DNA from: Protoeuglena noctilucae
Lineage: Eukaryota
Length of the DNA stretch: 64,000 bases
Assembly (NCBI GenBank): GCA_958009085.1
Contig: OY253686.1
Coordinates: 620,001 to 684,000, forward strand
Direction: 5' to 3'
Shown: positions 11,207 through 22,966 of the stretch, one piece after another
Layout: every line of letters starts with the position of its first letter
Position numbering within the stretch: the first letter of the stretch is position 1
The notes under the pieces: model-generated
Seen by the model: only the letters and a program-made list of their open reading frames with translations
Databases searched by the model: none
Told to the model about the DNA's origin: nothing
Translations under genes and position numbers: made by a program

Positions 11207-13904
11207 TCAGAAAGCGAGCACCGCCGCGTTGCGCTCCACGGCCGCCCTCGTCTTATCCTTGAGGGCACCCCGCGAAGACTCGAGGGACCCCTCCAGGAAG
11301 GTGCGACTGCAGGCAGAGTAGCAGTGGCAGTGATAGCCGGGTATATTGTCGCCCCGGCTAAGCGTCATATCCTGGTCGGTCATTCAGTCCAGTTATTCCA
11401 TGGTGGCTCACCGGAACGTCTCCACCGCGCCCTTCATCGACGTGTGCTCCCACCCCGGCTCCGCCACCCCGCTGGCGCGCGCCTGGTCCAGCTCCTGCAC
11501 CAGCTGCCACACCGTCGGCACTGCGAGGAGACGAGCGACGCATGGGTGCCATGATGAGTTTGATGAAAGCCCCCCCGAGGTTCTCACAGTGCCCTAAGCA
11601 GGGTGCTCCATCACCTGCTTCGGGGGTGAAGTCCAGAGCGGTGGCCGGGTCGATCGGCACGCATATCTTGCCCGTCTTGGGGTGCACGCTGCGAGAGACA
11701 GGGACGCGGGGTGATCAACACGGCCCACGTGCGATGGATCGTGCCAGTCCATCGACCGATGCGCTGGGTAAGTCAAAAGGGAGCAGTCAAGGTACGAGTG
11801 TCGAGTGCTGCCGTGGGGCTCACCAGAAGGGCGCCTTGAGAAGGTGGTTCATCTTGCGGGACACTTCGATGTCGAGCCGGGGATAGGTGTAGGCCAGCAC
11901 GATGGTTCTAGAGAGAGGGGAAGGTGGCGGAACATTACAAGCATGAGCAACCCGTGTTAGGCGAAAGTGCTGCTGGGATGGTGCATGTGACTGGCAGCGG
12001 CAGGCAAGTTAACGTGCTCACTTCAGGGACCGCTCGAGCTCGTCCGCCTGTATCCTCGCCCCCTTGGCGTTCTTCATCCCCCGCAGCCGCCTAGCCTCCT
12101 TCGCCACCTCCACCTTCAGCTCCGCCCACCGCGCCACCGACACACTCTCGGACGCCTCTGCGGCCACGAGCAAGCGTGCGACGACTGAATACATCAAGAA
12201 CACCGGCATTGCGACCACCCGGGTCGTCTAACCCGTTCGCTGCCTCGCTCTGCCCCTCCCACTTCCTTGGCCCCAAGCACCGCCGACTGTACCACTGACC
12301 CCGCTCCTACTCGCCTTCCTCGTCTTCCATCTCGGAGCCCCGAGAGTCGCTGGGAGACTCGGAAACGTTCCCCGAGCTCCACTGGCTCAGCAGACGCGCC
12401 TGCAGCTCTTCGCTGGGCACGTACCTGCAACCACGTCGGCCAGTCGGGGGAGTCAGACGCAACGCGCTTCCTACCCCATGCTCTGTACGTCGCCAGCCAG
12501 GCCCGCCCCCCCCGCACACCACCCCTCGCCTCAACAGGTCGCGCGTCGCGCCCTCCCGCTCCAGCAGCCGCTGCTTGGGGAGGTACCGGGATTCGAACTC
12601 GGCCTCGAGCACCCGCAGCGACTCGGCCACGCTGGGGTGCGGGTGCTGCCCCAGGTCCACTTTGGCGAGCCCCTTGTCGTGGCCCCGGAACACCTCGAGG
12701 TACGCCGCCACGGCCGCGCGGGCGTCGTCGGCCATGGCGCGCGCGGCCGGGTCGCAGACCCAGCAGTGCACCCCGCGGCGCCCCGAGAAGACCCACAGGA
12801 TGTGGCGGAACCCGAAGTCGTGGCGGAGGACGCGGTCGATGACGACGAGGGCCATCGTGAGCAGCGGCCAGCACCTGGGAGTGGCGGCGGAGACGTGTGT
12901 GAGCGACCCGTGGCGACTAGAAGGAGCGGCCAGGGGCTTAGCGATGGGTGGGGTCGTGCGGCTTGCGACCGTCGCGTCCTCAAAGGGCCAGCATGGGTGC
13001 GTCGGACGCTGCCAGCGTGGTCAGGAGCTCTGCTTGTCATGCAAGCGCCGATCCTTTTCACCTGTGGCAGAGGGAGGAGCCCTTGCAGCACACCCGCACG
13101 TCATCGTAGCCGTCCATGTCAATGTCGAAGACGAGCTCTCGCTCCACGGGGACGAACCCGCCCCCCGACTGGTAGGCTTGGCGCTTGGAGGGGTCGACGT
13201 TGTAGACGGGACCGATGTCGATTTTCGCAGGGCACCTGCGACGGTGATGGGGAGCATTAAGCGGGCTCGCCAGGGCCTTCGCTGCGACCTTCGGGGCGGT
13301 TCGCTGTGCAGACATCTCCACCTCCACAGCCAGTTCCACATGTCATCGCCCGCGCGCATCCGCCGCGCCGCGCGGGGCGTGCCACTGCACAGCATGCGCA
13401 GCATGGCTGGGTCGTGTTCTCACTTCTTGACGAGCTCCGCACGCAGTTGCTCGGCGTCCTTGACGGACTGGTACCGGACAAAGATGTCCCCGTCGAGCGT
13501 GAAGCAAAAGTCGCGGCGTTGAAGGAAGGAGGCGTCCGCTTGCGGGTGCGGGCCGTTGTTTCCGTACGCGAGCCACTGCAAATAAATACGCGCGCGAGAG
13601 CGCTGAGAGGGACGCAGAGATGATTATGCATTCAAGAAAGCACCGAATGGTCGTGACCTCGCCTGGATCATGTCGTCGTAGGGGAAAAGGCGTCGGTAGT
13701 ACATCGGCATCAGGTCCTGCACGCGTCCGGAGTGAGATGGGGCCGCGACAGTCCCTGCAATTGGAAGGAACAAGGACGCGTATGGCATCCCCACACGGCC
13801 GGACGGAGGCGGGCGCGAGGAGAGGGCAGGGCGCGGCACACACCCGGCCCGGGGGATGCGCCCTCCGGCTCTGTCCTAGGCTTCTTCGGGGTCGGCTCGT
13901 CCAT
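11207..13904 (-). CDS. PRI1: DNA primase small (catalytic) subunit, multi-exon
   Basis: Motifs YYRRLFPY, RRDFCFTLDGDIFVRYQS, KIDIGPVY, ERELVFDIDMDGYDDVR, WVFSGRRGVHCWVCD, YTYPRLDIEVSRKMNHLLKAPF and HPKTGKICVPID. At least three introns have GC donors (13662, 12529, 12314). Confidence 0.95.
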
Positions 13905-14303
13905 GGTGAGCACAGCTATGTATCAACTCAAAGGAGGCCCCGCGGGGCGGGTGTCTCGATGGGCCAGGCGGGAGCAGCAAAGTTCAAACAATGCCACGAG
14001 GTGTCCAGGGCTGCGCCTGGGCACAAAGAGAGGGACAGGGGGGTTACAGTCACTCAGGACGCGTAACCGAAAGCGAAGTATTCGACCGCGACATTTGGCA
14101 CGCTCTTCGGCGACGGGCGGGCTCATCACGGGGTCCGCCAGTTTGCCAGAGCCCGCCGTTTCGTCCAAAGGCTGGCAGCCGGGATCGTCTGGCCTCAGAT
14201 GGTGCATTTGATGTAGCTTCCTGCGTCCAGAATTGAGAAGGCGTCAGGAAAGGGACCCTGACGCCCAGGCTTGGTACACTCAGAGCGGGGGCGCATCCTT
14301 GGC

Positions 14304-16249
14304 ATGACGGCGCCCGATGAGGATGCCCTTTCCCGCGCACGCAAGGCGCTCGACAATCTCGTGTATCTGGAGGGGTTAACGTCGCGCACGCTCGCTCAGA
14401 AGGGGACCGATGCGCCCAGCACGTCCGCGGCCCAGGCTGTGCCGGAATCGCACCGCGCATGCCGACCCTGGGATCGCGACGACCTGTTCCGGCGGCTCCG
14501 AACGTTCAGGTCTGTGCACGTTGCGTGCGGCACGCACCCATCGCCCCCCCCCCCATGCGCTTGGCGCTGTCGTGACTGCCCCTCGAGCTTCGGTGCCCCC
14601 CCGCAGCGCGCGCACCTGGTTCTGCAAGCCGGCGCCCGTTTCTCCACTGAACTGCGCGCGTCGAGGATGGGAGAACCTGGGAGTCGACAGGCTGGGCTGC
14701 GAGAGCTGCTCGGCGACGCTGACGTTTGCCGTCAAGGCGGGCCTCTCCGCCGCAGAGCGGAAGATCGCGGCGGACAAGTTCGCCGGCAAGCTCGAGTCCG
14801 GCCACGACGACCTCTGCCCGTGGCGCGGCAAGACCTGCAACGTTTCCCTGGCTGCGTTCCCGCCTCTGTCGCAGGCGGTGATCGAGGTGATTGCGAGAGG
14901 CAGGCCAGTGGGTGTCTCTGCGCTTCCCGCTGTGACCGCTTCGTCACCGACGCCTCCGCGTACGCAGGCGCGCTTCCGGAGCCGCGTGGAGGCGATTCAG
15001 GGCGCCTCTGCCCTGCTGGAGATCCCAGCCCTGGCGCCTGCAGCCGTGGCACGCATCGCAGAGACCCACCGGCGGTCGCTGGGGATGCTCGTGCAGCAGG
15101 GCGCGCTCCGACAGCATAGTCTAGAGGTGCCGGAGAGCCCGAGGGACCCTCGCAAGGGCGCAGAGCATGGGGAGGGGGCGGCACGCAATGCTGGCACCCC
15201 GGCAGCGGACAGCGAGCCGCTGCAGGCGGCGACGGCCGACGCCACCGGGGCGGCCCGGCTCCTGGCGCTGTGTGGGTGGGACCTGGTAGCCCCGGGTCTG
15301 ACGTCAGAGCCCGGTGCGTCGCTGCCGGATGCCACGACCCCTCCGCAGCTGCGGTGTGGTCTTTGCGGGGCCAAGCGCGTGCTTCGGACGCGGCTGGAGG
15401 TGTCGGGGGACAGAGATAACAGAGGGGCGGGGGATGGCGCGCGGGCGTGGAGTGCGGGAGAGGGCCATGCCAGGCCTGCACCTCCCGTCGCATCAGCAGA
15501 CGCCATCCGCCTGAGGGACCTGGGCCGCACCATTGCGGGCGGGGATCCGTCGCAGGCCGTCGTGCGCGCCGCTCGCCTCGGCCTGATCTCCGCGGCGCCG
15601 TTCGGGTCGCGCAGCGTGCAGCCGGCATTCGGCCCCGCCACGCCGCCACCCCTGGCCCGGACGCGCCCGCCGCCGGTGCAGACGCCCGCGAGCGCGCCGG
15701 CCACGGTCGGTGCGGTGGTGGGGGAGGTTATGACTCCAAGGATGGGGCCGCCTGTACCGCGGAGAGGCAGGGAGGCCGAGGAGGCGACTGCCATGGACCC
15801 TCTGGCGGCTCACCGGCCCTTCTGCCCCGTGGTGGTCTCTCCAGTGGGAGAGGAGGGCAACTACGGTGAGGGGACTTACAGCATGTGCGCATGGCGAGGC
15901 CAGGAGGCGCAAGTGGGTGGGTGGGATCGAGTCTGGTCTGGCCCTGTCGTGTTCTGCAGAGACGCGCCCGACGGGGGAGGCGCGCATCGGGTGGGCTTAC
16001 TGCCTGGAGGCTCTGGTGGGACCTGTCGGTGAGGGGTGTTGCGCCTGGGCGCGTGTGTGTTGTGACATTTGTCTGGCCGATGGCTTGAGAGAGGGGAGGC
16101 CAGTTGCCATGCTCATCTTCTACCCCGCAGATGGGGGTCGTGGCGACGAGGGGACCGGCAATGCGGGTTCGGGCAAACGCAAGATGCTCGACTCGGTCGA
16201 CACGGGCTACCAGCTTTTCCGGAAGATCATGCGCAAAGCAGGCATTTGA
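14304..16249 (+). CDS. NIPA/ZC3HC1-like C3HC zinc-finger protein with a C-terminal Rsm1-like module
   Basis: CRPWDRDDLFRRLRTF..TWFCKPAPVSPLNCARRGW..CESC..HDDLCPW is a zf-C3HC domain. The second module reads LALCGW..CGLCG..DPLAAHRPFCP..GWAYCL. Confidence 0.85.
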
Positions 16250-16417
16250 GGGGCCGCTTGGCACAGGCTCAGCACAGGCTCTGTTTGAAGACAGACCGTT
16301 GCATTCAAGCACGTCTACGACTAGTAAGAAAGGGCAACATTGTACTGATGGGCCGCGACACGCGCCCAGGAGGCTGCGACGAAGCAGCACATCATGTCCA
16401 ACGCCTGTGCGCGCCGC

Positions 16418-16835
16418 CTACCGCGCCTCGTACTGCACCACCCGGTTCACACGTTTCTTATACAGAATCCTGCGCAAAGTCATGGGTAGAAGGTGGTAAG
16501 TGTCAGCAGCGGCGGCGAGGGGCCCTTGCACACTATGCTCGTGCGGCCCGCCCACCTGCCCCCGCATTCGCGGCAGATGATGGCGTCCTGCGGCTTTAGC
16601 CTGTTCTCGTACCCACAATCTGCATGTGCACGGCGCGGCGCAGGCTCTCGCGCGGTGGAGGCGGCGCGGCGCGCGATGCACGGCTGCCTCCACCGAGCAT
16701 GGGCATACGCGCCCCACGGCGAGTCTGCATGGCACCCTCGGTCGGCGATGTGTCACAAAAACGGCTCTGAAACCCAATCTCACCCCCACACAAGTAAGGC
16801 ACGCCCAGGTTGGCCTGCCCCTGGCCCTGGTCCAT
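16418..16835 (-). CDS. RPB12: RNA polymerase I/II/III shared subunit RPB12 (RPABC4), 3 exons (16835-16784, 16619-16556, 16469-16418)
   Basis: Spliced product MDQGQGQANLGVPYLCGDCGYENRLKPQDAIICRECGGRILYKKRVNRVVQYEAR* has the CxxC..CxxC zinc ribbon and the RILYKKR..YEAR end. Both GT-AG introns are phase-consistent. Confidence 0.95.
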
Positions 16836-17108
16836 CTCCACTCTGCAGTCTCCCCCGTTTCGCGTGAATCGTCTTAGCCGTCAGACGCTAGTTTCAAAGG
16901 CGGAGATATGGAGGAACCACGCAGAGGCAGAGAGCTCCTGTCCAGGCCAGGGCGCTCTGGCGCCCCAGGGCAAGCCTCATTTGCATGGTAATGTTTCCGG
17001 GCTGAGAATCACGTATGGCGCGGCGAGTCACAATGCGAAGATGCTAAAACACAGGTGCAGACGGTATGTCAACCAAAGCAAGGGTGCGCACAGGACACAC
17101 GTCCGCGA

Positions 17109-18145
17109 CTAGAGCCCGCTCCACTCCACCATGCCGATGACCTGTGCGGCCCGGTCGCCGTAGAACTCCGCGAGGCCTTGCCCCCGGCCCTTTGACAGCA
17201 TCCCGTGCAGCTCATCCATGAACCGCACCCGAAAGGTGCCCGGCCCCGGCTCGCCCCGGGCCGCGGCGTCCCCCGCCGCGTTGAAGGCGCAGATGGCGTG
17301 GGCGGTGGCCATCAGCGGGTCCGCAGGACACGCAGCGACGAACGCCGCCACCACTGCGCGGGCAGGGGCGCAGGCAGTTGCTAGGTATGCGTGGTCGGTG
17401 TGTGCGGCTCGCCCGCCAAGGAAGCGCGTCCGCACCTGATGAAAGAGAGCACCCGACGGCCGTGACCTTGGTCATCAGCGGGTGCCCATTGCGCGTGGCG
17501 ACGACGCGGGCGCCGTCTGTGATGTAGTCCACGTGCCCGGTGCACGCCACGACGCACTCGAGGTGCCGCGCCAGGGCCACGGCGTCATGCAGGGCCGCGT
17601 CGGTCGAATGCGCCGAGTCCACGCCCTTGCCTGCGACTGCCGAGTGCCCGCCGAGGGCCGCATACAGTGACTTGATCTCCGAAGCGTTGCCCCGAATGAC
17701 GGTCGGCTTCATTCGAGCCCTTTCGGCCGTGCAGCGGGAGCGGTACGGAGTCGCGCCCATGCCGACGGGGTCCAGCACCCACGGCTTGTTCATCGCGCGC
17801 GTCTGCTCCACCGCCTTCTTCATCCCCGCGACCCACGCCGGCGACAGGGTGCCCAGGTTGACGCTCAGCGCCGATGCGATGCGCGCAAAGTCCCCCGCCT
17901 CTTCCTCGCAGTGCACCATCTGCGATGCAGCTGGATTTCATGGTTGAAGCCACCGTGAGCTTCGCACAACGGCTTTCATGACGGGCACTTGTCGGCTGGC
18001 TTCTCACGGCGGGGGAGCATCCGAGAGCCAGCAGGACGTTCGCCATGATGTCCATGGACACGTAGTTAGTGATGCATTGAACCAGGGGCGCCGCGTCCTG
18101 CACCCTCCCCACGCTCGCAGCGACGTGGGCCACCGTCGCGTTCAT
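17109..18145 (-). CDS. THIM: Hydroxyethylthiazole kinase (thiamine salvage), 3 exons
   Basis: PLVQCITNYVSMDIMANVLLALGCSPA|MVH, VNLGTL, PWVLDPVGMGATPYR, VIRGNASEI, KGVDS, NGHPLMTKVTAVGCSL and GPGTFRVRFMDEL. Confidence 0.95.
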
Positions 18146-18337
18146 CCTGCCCGATGGAGATGCGATTGGCGGGCGGCTTGGCCAAATCAAAGCAGGCGTA
18201 TGCGATCGCTGCGATGGCGGTACTGACGGCGCTAGAGAGCGGCCGGTGACGGCAAACCTCGCAGCCGGATGTCACGTGCTGCAGTGCCAGTTTCTCTCGA
18301 TTCAAGTCCACGCGAGCCCCAGGCTCACGTGCGCCTT

Positions 18338-21300
18338 TCATTTGAGGAAGATAGGGCGCACGTCCGACTCGGCGAACGGCGTGTTGCACGACGGGCACTT
18401 GCGGGAACGGCTCTTGATGTTCTTGTCGATGCATTTTTTGCAGAAGACGTGCATGCACTTCGTGATGACGCGGTCCTTCTGGTTGTTGCGGCACAGCCCA
18501 CAGAAGATCATGTTGCGCGTCACGCGCTGCTCCTCCTCCATCCGCTCCAAGGCCTGCAGAGCCATCAAACGGTGCAGGTGCGATGGAAGACCGCCAAGCC
18601 AGCAGACACTCGGCCCAAACCGCCCGTGACCTGACAGTAATTCGTCCATGCTTCTCGCCTGCAGGTCCCGCGACCCCAACAGCCCCTGCAGCCGCATGAC
18701 CTTCTGCAGCGCGAGCTTCATCTCGGAGACAGCCCGCTCTTTCTCTGCCTTTGCCTTCTCCGCCTCCTCCACCGCAGCCTCGACCTCCCTCTTCATCGCC
18801 GCGACCGTCTCGCGCAGGACCGACGCCTCGCCCTCCACCCTGGCGGAAGCGACAGGGGGGTGACGAGAATCACCTCGGTGCACCACACAGGCGGGGAATC
18901 AAGACAGGGTCGGGTTGCAAGGGATACTTAACAAACGCCAAGTGCGGAAACCGTTGCACACACCGGGTGCCATCCCCTCTGTTGCGTCAAACATCACCCC
19001 ACCACTCGCGCTCACCTCGCCCGCTCCGCGTCGTTCGCCACCTGGCCCCGCAGCCCCTCCCTCAGGCCCCGCAGGTCGGCCCCCAGCGCCTCCAGCGCCG
19101 CCCACACCTCCGCCACGTACTTGTCCGCCTCGGCCAGCAGACGGGCCTGGCGGTCCGACTGCGCAGACAGCGGCGATGGCAACAAGATTGCCATCAGGGA
19201 CATGAAGCGACAGAAAGCAGGGCACACAAACTACAGAACCTCGACGGCAACACCGTGCTTTCATCACAACGCGTCACCGACCCTGGTAGCCAACCCTGGT
19301 AGGGCGTACAGGGTGTCCCACCGCCCCCATAGCACCCCCGCCCCCTCACCTCCTCCCTCGCCCTCGTCACGTCCCCAGCCGCCGCCGCCAGCTCCTCCCC
19401 CAGACGGGCCTTGTCCTTCTCCAGCCCCGCGACGTTCTCGTCCAATGCGGCCACGCTCGCCAGCAGGTCCCTCGCCTGCCCCTGCACCCGCTCGTACTCG
19501 GACCCCACCGCCTCCACCTCCTTCAGATACGTGGCCGACTCCTCCTGGGCCGCCAGCAGCGCGGAGGCGGCCTGCGGGGGCGAGAAGCGCGGGGGTGACG
19601 AGCTGTTGGCACGGTGTCGGTCACCTCTCATGGGCGGCAGCGGCATCCAGCGTCCCCGCCGCTCTTCCAAACCCTCACCTCCTCCCTCGCCGCCTCCAGT
19701 TGCTCGTTCACCGCCTCCAGCTTGCTGCACTGCTCCCGAGCAGCCGTCAGCTCCGCCTCCACCTCACGCACACGCCCCTCCAGGCGCGTCACTGCATTGG
19801 AAGAAATTCAGCCAGGGTCTTTGACATCATAGTTAGTGTAAACCGGAGAAATAGCCACCCGAGACACCTCTTCCAATCAAAACCCCACAGCGAGCCCCCT
19901 CTGCCACCCTGCTCACCCTCGGCCCCACCCCTCAGCCCCGCCACCTCCTCCCTCAGCCTCTCCACCTCCTTGCGCAGCTCTGCCGCCTCCGCGTGCCCCT
20001 TCGCCGTGTCCAGGTCGTCCCCGCACGTGGCCGTGAGGACGTCCAGGAAGGCCCGGTGGCGGCGCTCGGCACTCCGCGCCTCCTCGGCGTCTTTTTCCAG
20101 AGCCGCCACGCGTGCCTGCAGTGCAGTTGAAATGTGTGTGACGCCTACGGCTTTGCTTAATTGTTGCCTATGGAATGGTAGCTACTGCTTGTCGCTCAGC
20201 TCCCCTGAGCCACGCCACGCGCGTGCCCCATCAATCACGTGGCTCTGTCCCATCTCTGCCAAGACCACTCGCCTGGGCTTCCTTGAGCTGCGCGCGTGCC
20301 ACGAACAGCGGCCCCTGCTCCGCCCCCAGCTCCCGCCGGGCCGCCGCCACCTCCCCCGCCGCCGCGTGCAGGTCCGCCCCCTGACGCAGGCGCTGCTTGG
20401 CCGCGGACAGGTGCCGCCGCAGGGACGCGTTTTCCCCGCTCAGCCGGCCCACCTCGGCGCGGAGGGCGTCCCGCGTCTGCCGGGGGGGGGCAGAAAAGGC
20501 GTAGTGAGCGACCAGACATACTGGCATACTGGGGCACATCGTTTCGGTAGTGCAGAACAGGGAGAAGTGATATGCAAACGAGACAAACACATGGACGTTC
20601 GTTAACGATAAGAGCTTCTCTTGTTCCTGTCCCGTAACAAAAGGCCAGCTGCACCCCACCACCCCTCGCCTGGCTGGACGGGATCTGCGCCTTGAGCTCC
20701 TCCAGCTGCCCTGAGAGCCGCGCCCGCTCCGTCCGCATCCGCGCCACCTCCCCCTGCGCCGCGTCCAGCTCCGACTTGAGCCTGTCCCTCTCCAGGTCAA
20801 ACACCGACACACGGATCCGAAGCGTGTTGGACACATCATCCAGCTTGCCCAGCAGGCGCTTGGTCCACGCCGCCTCCAGCGTCCGCAGCTCATCGGTGAA
20901 CTGCAAAAGAACGTCGGTACGTGGTCATCAATTGAGGGGCCAGGGCATTGAGAGTCGTGCCACAGCTTTCTCATGATGAAAGGACGACCGGCGTGCGACC
21001 ACTGTCCCACTCCCGCATGTTGGGGGTTCCCCAGCCTACGCCCGGCCCTCACCTGCCCCAGTGCCGCATCCCTCCGCTGCCCCTCCGCGCGCCGCTCCGC
21101 CTCTCGCCGCTCCTTCTCGAGCCGCGCCACCTGCTCCTCCAGCCGTGAGACCACCTCGTCTCGTGCCGCACGCAAGTCCCGCATCTCCGCCTCCAGCTCC
21201 TCCTGTACCTTCCGCTGCGGCAAGTGATTTAAAACAAAAGCATGTGAGCGTGTCAAGGGGCCCATCGCGGCGCAGGGAGCCTCCCCATGTGCAGTGGTGC

Positions 21301-22457
21301 AGCAGCTCACAGCGCGCTGTGGCAGGCGCACCTGAGCCTCCCCGTCCGCGGCCGGCAGCCCCTGCGCGTCGGCGCCGTCCGTGTTGCGCGGCGTGCGCGA
21401 CCCGGGCGTCGGGTGCGGCGTCCCGGGCCGGGATGCGTCCCCCGGCACGCTCACGTGCAGCCCCTCGCCTAAGGGCTGCTCCACCCGCGCCCTCTCGGCC
21501 TCCGCGCGGGCCCTCTGCGAGACGACACGTGTATATATAAGTCCGAGCGGCCGCACAGCAGGAGTTGGTGCACATCTTTCACGACACGCCACACACCTCC
21601 ACGTCTCGCCGCGCCTGGTCCAGCTGCTCCTCCAGCGTTGCTGCCTCGCCACGCAGCCGCGAGGACTCCAGCTCCTCCCGCTCCAGCGCCACCGAGAGCT
21701 GCGCCGCCCGCTCCTCCGCGGCGATTGCCCTGCAGGCCAGGCAGAGGCATCTCCCTCGTGTCGCCTGGCACGGTGCGATGCGAAGGCTGGGGCGCGAGCC
21801 ATCACGTGCAGGGATGCACGTGCCCGATCGCGTCTCATCTGCCAGCCTCACCTGGCCGCCGCAGCGTCCGCCTCCGCCAGCAGATCGGTGCCTGCTGAGC
21901 CCCCCGCAGCCTCGGCCAGGGCCAGGGCCGCTGACAGCGCCTGCTGCGTGCGGGCGAACCGCGCGCGCAAGAGCGATTCCAGCTCGCCCATCTCGACCAC
22001 CGGCGCGTCCGCCCCGCGCTTGCGCTTGCGGCTCGAGGAGCCCTCCTCCCGCAGCGGGCGACCACGCAGCAGGCGCTGAAGGAAAGGGTCCAGTTGGTCC
22101 GCCTTCGCGCCGCCCGCGGATGAGTCATCCATCGCACCCTCGTCACGCGGGCCGGCCTGCGCGTTTGACCCCGCGCGTCGCGCAATCAGCTCGACGTCTT
22201 CCTGCAGCCGGTCCCACATTCTCGCCACGCAGGACGTCGTCTCTTCATACTTGTCCCTCTTCTCGTCCGCCTCATCTATCTTCTTTCGAAGCGCCCGGAT
22301 CTCTGCGCGAACGGGCGCGGCAGGCCGTCGGCAGAGCGCAGGACGGTCAGGTGGTCCTTGCGGTCCGATGCGTCGCCGCCCGCTGACCTTCGCGCTGGAT
22401 GCGGAGCCGCTCAGCCTGCTTTCGACACAGGATGCGCACAACTCGCAGCTCCTCCAT
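18338..22457 (-). CDS. HUB1: BRE1/HUB1-like histone H2B monoubiquitination E3 ligase (long coiled coil plus C-terminal RING), multi-exon
   Basis: C-terminal C3HC4 RING CGLCRNNQKDRVITKCMHVFCKKCIDKNIKSRSRKCPSCNTPFAESDVRPIFL. The N-terminal KYEETTSCVARMWDRLQEDV and internal YLKEVEAVGSEYERVQ segments are BRE1-like. HUB1 versus HUB2 is not resolved. Confidence 0.85.
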
Positions 22458-22966
22458 CGTGGGCGACGGGGCGCTCCCAGGCCTGGTCAGGCAAACTCAA
22501 GATCAATGGAGGCAGCAATTCGCTGGGGGCGAGAGGCCAATGGCCACGGCGACAGAGACGTAGCAAGTTCACCAAACAGACCGCAGAGCCTTTTCTGCGC
22601 GCCAGGGCACGAGGACTCGCCGGCGTTCACTTTTCGAAGGGCGCCGCAAATTTGGGGCCCAAGGAAGCGAAGGCTGGACAGAGTGGCTGGCCACGGCACA
22701 CGAGTGAGGTGAGGACAGGATTGCAGCCAGATGGAGGAGAAGGAGCCCACCTGCCTGGCTTCTGGCGAGGGCAGCACAGTGCTGACTTTGCGCCAGAAGC
22801 CTAGCCATTCAAGCGTGCTGTGCAACTAGATTCGTGATCGAGCTAAGCGTGGGTCACGGCACCGGAGGCACAGGTCAAACGCCGGATCCAGGCTCTGCAT
22901 GCCCTGCGCGCCGTGAGCGGATGGCAGAGCCGCTTCTTGCCCCGGCGCTACGCATCCCCGTCACGT

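Noticed and set aside
16975..16986. Octamer-like ATGCAAAT (minus strand) upstream of RPB12, or an snRNA gene here
   Set aside because: It is an isolated motif with no recognisable snRNA sequence nearby.
16836..18337. TPP riboswitch associated with THIM
   Set aside because: I checked both introns and both flanks on the sense strand and found no CUGAGA plus CUGAU..UAAU..GCG.AGG core. The only CTGAGA (~17002) is antisense and lacks the rest of the aptamer. An Infernal RF00059 scan would be decisive.
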